DNA of 64,000 nucleotides from Naegleria gruberi (Eukaryota): NCBI GenBank assembly GCA_000004985.1, contig GG738854.1; one strand, 5' to 3'. Shown piece by piece: positions 57,661 to 64,000 of this stretch (position 1 is its first letter; each line of letters starts with the position of its first letter). The notes under the pieces were generated by a model. It saw only the letters and a program-made list of their open reading frames with translations, ran no database searches and was not told where the DNA came from. The position numbers and the translations under genes were made by a program.

Positions 57661-58835
57661 AATGTCTTCACTTGCTACCAGTGCACAACTGAATTCTCCT
57701 TTTGGTGTTTTTGTTTCATCAAATAATGAAGTTTATATTGCTGATTATGGTAATCAAAGAATTAGAAAAATATTAAAAAATGGAAATATTGTAACAATTG
57801 CTGGAAATGGAACTGCTGGATTCAGAGGTGATAATGGTCCTGCAACAAATGCACAACTGTATAATCCTTATAGCGTTTTTGTTTCATCAAATAATGAAGT
57901 TTATATTGCTGATTTTAGTAATCATAGAATTAGAAAAATATTAGAAAATGGAAAAATTGTAACAATTGCTGGAAATGGAACTGGTGGATTCAGTGGTGAT
58001 AATGGTCCTGCAACAAATGCACAACTGAATAATCCTTATAGCGTTTTTGTTTCATCAAATAATGAAGTTTATATTGTTGATTATAATAATCATAGAATTA
58101 GAAAAATATTAAAAAATGGAAATATTGTAACAATTGCTGGAAATGGAACTGGTGGATTCAGTGGTGATAATGGTCCTGCAACAAATGCACAACTGAATAA
58201 TCCTATGGGTGTTTTTGTTTCATCAAATAATGAAGTTTATATTGCTGATTATTATAATCATAGAATTAGAAAAATATTAGAAAATGGAAATATTGTAACA
58301 ATTGCTGGAAATGGAACTGCTGGATTCAGTGGTGATTCACCTTTTGATATTAGAACGTATCCTCATATTGGAAATAAGTTATTAACTGGAAATGGTAACT
58401 TACATTCTAAAATAGAATTTCATAATTTGAAAAAACATTCAAGAGATGAATTATTTGGATTGCCAATTTATGGATTCATTCCCCTCATTGAAAAAACTTC
58501 ACCAAAATTTAGTAACATTTTGAAGAATGAAAAGATACTTTGTTTGATGAGTTCATCACAACAAGAAATTATTCAAAAATTAATTGACTCTTTGATATAC
58601 GATAAGAATAAGGTAAAGTTTAACAAAGAAGAAATGTTGGATGTTTTATTCATTTTGGGTTTATTTAAGAATGGTGAATTTATTGATTTGAAAAGATCAT
58701 TAACAAGTGAATTTGTGAACTCACTCACATTAGAAAATCTTACTTTCAAATGGGAAACAATTGAAAATTTACTCAAAATTTGCAAGGAGGAATTCAATGT
58801 TCAAAATTACATTCTTGATCATTTGAATAACTATG
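57661..58835 (+). CDS. NHL-repeat + BTB/POZ protein, copy 1 (runs into an assembly gap; its C-terminus is supplied by the duplicated copy downstream)
   Basis: The ATG is at 57661 (MSSLATSAQLNSPFGVFV). There are five near-identical 42-aa (126-nt) NHL repeats (NGNIVTIAGNGTGGFSGDNGPATNAQLNNPYSVFVSSNNEVYI.DYNNHRIRKIL), then a helical linker reading ...ILDHLNNY at the N boundary 58835. Confidence 0.6.
57698..58330 (+). repeat. Coding minisatellite: five tandem ~126-nt near-identical repeats encoding NHL blades (a second array at ~59530-60340)
   Basis: The unit aatgcacaactgaataatccttatagcgtttttgtttcatcaaataatgaagtttatatt...aatcatagaattagaaaaatattaaaaaatggaaatattgtaacaattgctggaaatggaactggtggattcagtggtgataatggtcctgcaacaa recurs with more than 90% identity at the nucleotide level. 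Confidence 0.85.
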
Positions 58836-58885
58836 NNNNNNNNNNNNNNNNNNNNNNNNNNNNNNNNNNNNNNNNNNNNNNNNNN
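58836..58885. other. Assembly gap (50 N) separating two copies of a ~1.85-kb duplicated unit
   Basis: Literal n run. Flanking sequence on both sides belongs to the same repeated unit. Confidence 1.
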
Positions 58886-59496
58886 AAAGTGTTGGGTTGG
58901 ATGGGAAACCATGTCCTGGAAAAGAAGTATCAACACTATGCGTTGAAACACGGTAAGATATTGCAAACTCAATGAAGAAGGGCTTTTTTATCTAACGTCA
59001 GCAAAAAGTCATAACTCAATTGTTAGTAATCTTACTAACATTTTTTTCGTAGCCGTAGTACTTGGTAGTATATATTACAATGCTTCATGAATGCCTTTTG
59101 CAATAATATTTCCATCAAGAAATTAGTTAAGGATATGTAGAGATAGTAATGGACTGTACACTTTTGTAATTAGAAAGGAAGATTCATCAACAATATTTTA
59201 CCAACAGCCAGTAAGCACAATACAACGTGGCGAAGTCAAAGGACGTGATGAAAAAAACAAAAGAAAAAGAAGGCGGGAAAAAAATCCTTGCAACCTCACT
59301 TCTTACCATCATCACGCTACATCAAAGCTGGTAAAGTATCGGAGTGAATGAACAATATGCAGGCTTCTGTTTAGTTTCTTGCCAGCCATGTTCTTCATCC
59401 TTTGCTTCCTGTTGAAAGTGGTATTATCAACAAGTTGTCAAATTCACCTTTCAACCTTTGAATTTTGTTTTTTCCGTTCAGATTTCAATTAAAAAA

Positions 59497-61538
59497 ATGT
59501 CTTCACTTGCTACCAGTGCACAACTGAATTCTCCTTTTGGTGTTTTTGTTTCATCAAATAATGAAGTTTATATTGCTGATCAAAGTAATAAAGAATTAGA
59601 AAAATATTAGAAAATGGAAATATTGTAACAATTGCTGGAAATGGAACTGCTGGATTCAGAGGTGATAATGGTCCTGCAACAAATGCACAACTGTATAATC
59701 CTTATAGCGTTTTTGTTTCATCAAATAATGAAGTTTATATTGTTGATTATAATAATCATAGAATTAGAAAAATATTAAAAAATGGAAATATTGTAACAAT
59801 TGCTGGAAATGGAACTGGTGGATTCAGTGGTGATAATGGTCCTGCAACAAATGCACAACTGAATAATCCTATGGGTGTTTTTGTTTCATCAAATAATGAA
59901 GTTTATATTGCTGATTATTATAATCATAGAATTAGAAAAATATTAGAAAATGGAAAAATTGTAACAATTGCTGGAAATGGAACTGGTGGATTCAGTGGTG
60001 ATTCACCTTGGTCCTGCAACAAATGCTCAACTGAATAATCCTTATAGCGTTTTTGTTTCATCAAATAATGAAGTTTATATTGTTGATTATAATAATCATA
60101 GAATTAGAAAAATATTAGAAAATGGAAATATTGTAACAATTGCTGGAAATGGAACTGGTGGATTCAGTGGTGATAATGGTCCTGCAACAAATGCACAACT
60201 GAATAATCCTATGGGTGTTTTTGTTTCATCAAATAATGAAGTTTATATTGCTGATTATTATAATCATAGAATTAGAAAAATATTAGAAAATGGAAATATT
60301 GTAACAATTGCTGGAAATGGAACTGCTGGATTCAGTGGTGATTCACCTTTTGATATTAGAACGTATCCTCATATTGGAAATAAGTTATTAACTGGAAATG
60401 GTAACTTACATTCTAAAATAGAATTTCATAATTGAAAAAACATTCAAGAGATGAATTATTTGGATTGCCAATTTATGGATTCATTCCCCTCATTGAAAAA
60501 ACTTCACCAAAATTTAGTAACATTTTGAAGAATGAAAAGATACTTTGTTTGATGAGTTCATCACAACAAGAAATTATTCAAAAATTAATTGACTCTTTGA
60601 TATACGATAAGAATAAGGTAAAGTTTAACAAAGAAGAAATGTTGGATGTTTTATTCATTTTGGGTTTATTTAAGAATGGTGAATTTATTGATTTGAAAAG
60701 ATCATTAACAAGTGAATTTGTGAACTCACTCACATTAGAAAATCTTACTTTCAAATGGGAAACAATTGAAAATTTACTCAAAATTTGCAAGGAGGAATTC
60801 AATGTTCAAAATTACATTCTTGATCATTTGAATAACTATTGTATTGAATATGCTGTTGTTCAAATGAGGACTAAAGAAGGAAACACTGTATTACCGACTC
60901 TTCCAATAATTATGAGAAATGGTGTTGCCATTTTTTCAAAAATGATCATTACTAAACCAACTGCAATTAATATTGAGGAAACAATTGAGATTAAACCACA
61001 AACAATTGAATCATTATATAATGACAAGAAAACAAGTGATGTGAAAATCAAAATGGGACAAAACAAATACTTATATTGTCACAAAACTGTATTGAGTTCA
61101 TCAAGTACATTGTTTAATGCATTATTTGACAGTGGATCTTGTTTCAGTGATTTAAGTGATGATGGAATATTCACACCTGACGAATCAGAAGATTTAGAAT
61201 TATTGGAAATTGTGATCAAACATTGTTATGGAATTTCAATTGACAAAATTGATGCTGTTAAAATTATTGGATTACTTGATATGGCAATGAAACATGAAAT
61301 TCAATATCTGGTCGATTATTGCAAGAATAACTTTAATCTATCCATTGATAATTACTTTACAATACTTGAAGCATGTGAAAAATATCTTGATTTACAACCA
61401 TTTGAGCAATTTATGAGAGATATTATCAAATTTAGCATTACCAACAGAAAACAACTTTTCAAGGATCGCAATAGAATTTCCAACTTACCTGAAAAAGTTT
61501 GGCAAGAAATGGTCTTCAAGTTTTCACAGGACTTTTGA
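59497..61538 (+). CDS. NHL-repeat + BTB/POZ protein, copy 2: the 5' NHL part carries deletions and frame breaks, while the 3' BTB/BACK-like part (60432..61538) is intact
   Basis: The upstream region and ATG are identical to copy 1. The first repeat has an internal deletion that creates a stop (aaatattag). There is a hybrid junction at about 60001-60010 and a 1-nt T-run difference at about 60431 (cataattgaaaaaa versus cataatttgaaaaaa). The BTB core is VKIKMGQNKYLYCHKTVLSSSSTLFNALFDSG...LELLEIVIKHCYG. Confidence 0.5.
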
Positions 61539-61780
61539 GATTATTTTGGATAGATAATTACAATCTATATTAAAACATTCTTTTATTTGCAAATGACAAC
61601 ACATGAACATAATCGAAACACAATAACCAAATACAGAAAATACTCAACAAGTAGCATATGTAGAGCAAAAAACAAATCTCAATTAAGCAGCAGCGAGAAG
61701 GTTAGAATACACCACCAATCAGACCAAGAAACCTCAGCCCCAAACGCACAGTCTTGGACTTTGCGCATACATGAAAGGCT

Positions 61781-62134
61781 TCAATTAAAATTCCTGGTCT
61801 GCTCGGTATTATTATTATACATGTTGCTAGCCTTGTCGACGAATGGAAAACCAACTACTCCTCCTCCATCTCGTGCTAATGTTGTTCTTGTTCTGGTTGT
61901 TATTAAATGTCTACTATCGGCTGGATATTGTTGATGATGATGAACATGATCATTATGATGGCCGTGGTCAGGATGTTGATCAGAATTAATACGAGTCGTG
62001 ATGGAGTGTAAAGTTAGGTTATTGTTGTTATTATTCTCAACATGGTTGCATGAAAGGAAAAGAAGGCGGTCGAAATCTTTATCTATTTGTTCAAAGTTTG
62101 GTGAATGAGCAGTGTTGTTGTTGGTCGCTGCCAT
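61781..62134 (-). CDS. Hypothetical His/Asn-rich small protein (a low-complexity ORF; an overlapping plus-strand ORF 61587..61934 is an alternative)
   Basis: A 117-aa ORF with an ATG at 62134 (MAATNNNTAH...). It contains His runs (HPDHGHHNDHVHHH). There is no domain signal, and which strand is coding is ambiguous. Confidence 0.2.
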   Translation of the reverse strand: MAATNNNTAHSPNFEQIDKDFDRLLFLSCNHVENNNNNNLTLHSITTRINSDQHPDHGHHNDHVHHHQQYPADSRHLITTRTRTTLARDGGGVVGFPFVDKASNMYNNNTEQTRNFN

Positions 62135-62237
62135 GATGTTGTTAATATGATTACAGCTTAGCGTGGTTAAAAGCTAAAAGGAAAGTTTTGTTTTTTTTGT
62201 TTTTGAAATTTATTTTTAATTTTGTAAAACTTTCGTC

Positions 62238-63980
62238 TCATTTCTTCCAAAATCTTGCATAACATTCCTCAAAGTATTGTTTTGAAAATAAGACATAGGT
62301 CATTCCCCACAATGAAAATCCAATTACATAACTTCCAATTCGATGTTTAAACAAAATTGTCCACAAATTCTCAAAAACATAAAGTTCAGTCGCAAATCCA
62401 AATTCTGAAATCATTTCGTATAACAAATACGAAATGGACACTATTAACAGTAATAAATATTGTGAAAATTTGAATCTCATCACATTAATCTTTCTATATT
62501 TGGATAAGAGAAGATAAATTTTCATTGAATATCCAAAGAGAATTGACCATGAAATTATTAAGGCAATTAATGTCAAAATTAGACAAATGACACGTATGTA
62601 GTTTTGAATTTCAATTGGGACAATGGTTGAGCATAGACAAGCAACTGTCAAAATGAATAAGCTGCTGCAAACTATAAAGACAGTAACCAATCCGACAAGT
62701 GACATTTTCTTCTTTTCATCTGACATTTTCAGTAATATTTCATAAAATAACACAGCTAATGGAACATTTCCAATCGTTACATAACAATCAGCAGATACCA
62801 ATAATGTGAAATTATAATTATCATATAGAGATATTCCATTAGTTCCCTGAATGACAATAAATAGCAATGCATTAACTGTCAAAATTAATTGTGACAGAAC
62901 AATGCAAATACTTGCAAACAGTCTATTATCAAATAATACTCTAATGAGTTCATAATCAATATTTTGTAAACTTTCTCTCACATTAGTTTTTTTCGGTTGA
63001 CTTTCGCTTACAATCGTTTGACTTTTTTCAGATTTTTCTGGAATTGTTTCTTGATTTTCCTTAACTCCACTGTTTTCAGACTTTTCCTTAATTGAATTTT
63101 CCAATCCACGAGGTGTCAAATTATTTTCATCTTTAAGAGAAATTTGATTTGTGACATTTTGTGAGTTTTTCACACCTTCCAATTCATTCTTCTTAATATA
63201 TTTTGTGTTTCGTCTACGATGAATATAATATTTCCAATTTTTACAATATTGAAACGAAATTGGAATGAAAATGAGGAAAATAATCGAAACTAATTGAATC
63301 AAATAAATAACGAGTTCTATAATCTTGAGTGAGAGATGACCACCGAGTGGAACCCAGAAAGTTACAAAGGCACTTTCACATTCGAATGAGGAAAGAGTTT
63401 CGAATTGGTTTCCATTCGAACAGAGACAAAGTTGTGTTCGATTGAGAAGTGTCAACTCGTTTCGTCCACATACACTCTTGACATTATCTCCGAATAAAAC
63501 ATTTAGAGTTTGAACTTTTGTGGAATTACTTTGAGTTACCATATTAGGAAGCCATTCTTTGTGAAAAATTTCAAAATTGGAATTATTTCTCTTACAATAA
63601 AGTAAATAATTGAAAGCATTCACCAATTCCAAGAATGTTGTTCCATCATTCGAAACTTGCTTGTCGAATTCGTATAAAAAATAAGGTCTTGGAGTTTGAA
63701 AGATATTTTGAGGATTTTCCAACACTAACTTTTCCAAATGGGGAATAATCCATTCTTTCATCATGGAAATATTCGAATAATGATTAATTGCTCGTTCGTA
63801 AACATTCCACACACTTTCGTCCACTTTCACCTTTTCACAAAATAAACTTTCTCTTCTAATAAAGAGAACATTGTACTGCCAATCCGAAAGAGCTGCTCCA
63901 TCCAATCCATAGTAAATATCCTTATCGAATAATGTGTTCGGTATCGATTCACAATACCACTCCTCCCAATTTTCTATCAT
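62238..63980 (-). CDS. Multipass membrane protein (about 9 predicted TM helices with a large hydrophilic insert), 5'-truncated at the window end
   Basis: The 580-aa ORF is open to the last base of the window (minus strand), so the N-terminus lies outside it. The hydrophobic helices include LIQLVSIIFLIFIPISF, ICIVLSQLILTVNALLFIVI and LVGLVTVFIVCSSLFILTVACL. A Ser/Glu/Lys-rich loop is also present. Family not recognised. Confidence 0.45.
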   Translation of the reverse strand: MIENWEEWYCESIPNTLFDKDIYYGLDGAALSDWQYNVLFIRRESLFCEKVKVDESVWNVYERAINHYSNISMMKEWIIPHLEKLVLENPQNIFQTPRPYFLYEFDKQVSNDGTTFLELVNAFNYLLYCKRNNSNFEIFHKEWLPNMVTQSNSTKVQTLNVLFGDNVKSVCGRNELTLLNRTQLCLCSNGNQFETLSSFECESAFVTFWVPLGGHLSLKIIELVIYLIQLVSIIFLIFIPISFQYCKNWKYYIHRRRNTKYIKKNELEGVKNSQNVTNQISLKDENNLTPRGLENSIKEKSENSGVKENQETIPEKSEKSQTIVSESQPKKTNVRESLQNIDYELIRVLFDNRLFASICIVLSQLILTVNALLFIVIQGTNGISLYDNYNFTLLVSADCYVTIGNVPLAVLFYEILLKMSDEKKKMSLVGLVTVFIVCSSLFILTVACLCSTIVPIEIQNYIRVICLILTLIALIISWSILFGYSMKIYLLLSKYRKINVMRFKFSQYLLLLIVSISYLLYEMISEFGFATELYVFENLWTILFKHRIGSYVIGFSLWGMTYVLFSKQYFEECYARFWKK

Positions 63981-64000
63981 TAGTTTCGTATAATTTGTAT

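Larger units (their letters stand above)
57044..60840. repeat. Tandem segmental duplication (~1.85-kb unit of promoter region plus NHL-BTB gene 5' part), copy 57044-58835 and copy 58886-60840, separated by the N gap
   Basis: More than 600 nt of non-coding upstream sequence (for example ggaaaccatgtcctggaaaagaagtatcaacactatgcgttgaaacacggtaagatattgc... and ...ttttttccgttcagatttcaattaaaaaaatg) recur nearly base-for-base at 57053-57700 and 58890-59540, followed by the same coding repeats. Confidence 0.85.

Noticed and set aside
57044-60840. Duplicated 1.85-kb unit as a transposable element
   Set aside because: It has no terminal inverted or long terminal repeats, no target-site duplication and no transposase or RT ORF. 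It consists of a host gene (NHL-BTB) plus its upstream region, so it was called a segmental or tandem duplication or an assembly artefact instead.

Overview
This window is AT-rich eukaryotic nuclear DNA (coding regions roughly 35-40% GC), not prokaryotic. Genes lie on both strands with no operon-like organisation. Many CDSs are interrupted by very short spliceosomal introns of about 37-53 nt, with GTAAGT/GTATGT donors, CTAAC/CTGAC-like branch motifs and (A/T)AG acceptors. Homopolymeric Asn/Gln/Ser/acidic/basic tracts are frequent, and start contexts are of the aaaATG type. The gene content (tenascin/comC-type EGF arrays, a class III cyclase, 7TM-RGS, F-box/LRR, NHL propellers, Frag1/DRAM) points to an amoeboid protist, possibly a dictyostelid-like amoebozoan. 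The TTG/AAG-rich codon usage and the tiny introns are atypical for Dictyostelium discoideum itself, so no species is assigned. About 30 protein-coding genes are supported. No rRNA, tRNA, CRISPR, transposon or prokaryotic signals were found. There are two runs of N (assembly gaps) at 20648-20697 and 58836-58885. The ORF track uses alternative start codons (TTG/GTG shown as M), so many listed ORF starts are not real ATGs. Most multi-ORF clusters are single spliced genes. The most notable content is: (i) a giant receptor combining an NHL-like propeller, 12 tenascin-type EGF repeats, a GAIN/GPS motif, 7TM and a C-terminal RGS domain; (ii) a multi-TM, PAS-containing class III cyclase; (iii) a selenocysteine thioredoxin reductase ending in GC-U(TGA)-G; (iv) an apparent fusion of a prolyl-4-hydroxylase-type 2OG oxygenase, an F-box and an actin-related protein; (v) a receptor kinase whose ectodomain carries chlamydial Pmp-type GGAI/FxxN beta-helix repeats; (vi) a striking local enrichment of NHL-like beta-propeller genes, including a head-to-head B-box/NHL pair and a tandemly duplicated NHL-BTB unit. 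Several genes show single-base frame breaks in low-complexity or homopolymer runs; these are more likely assembly indels than true pseudogenes. All coordinates are approximate to +/-1-2 nt where exon and intron bounds are given.
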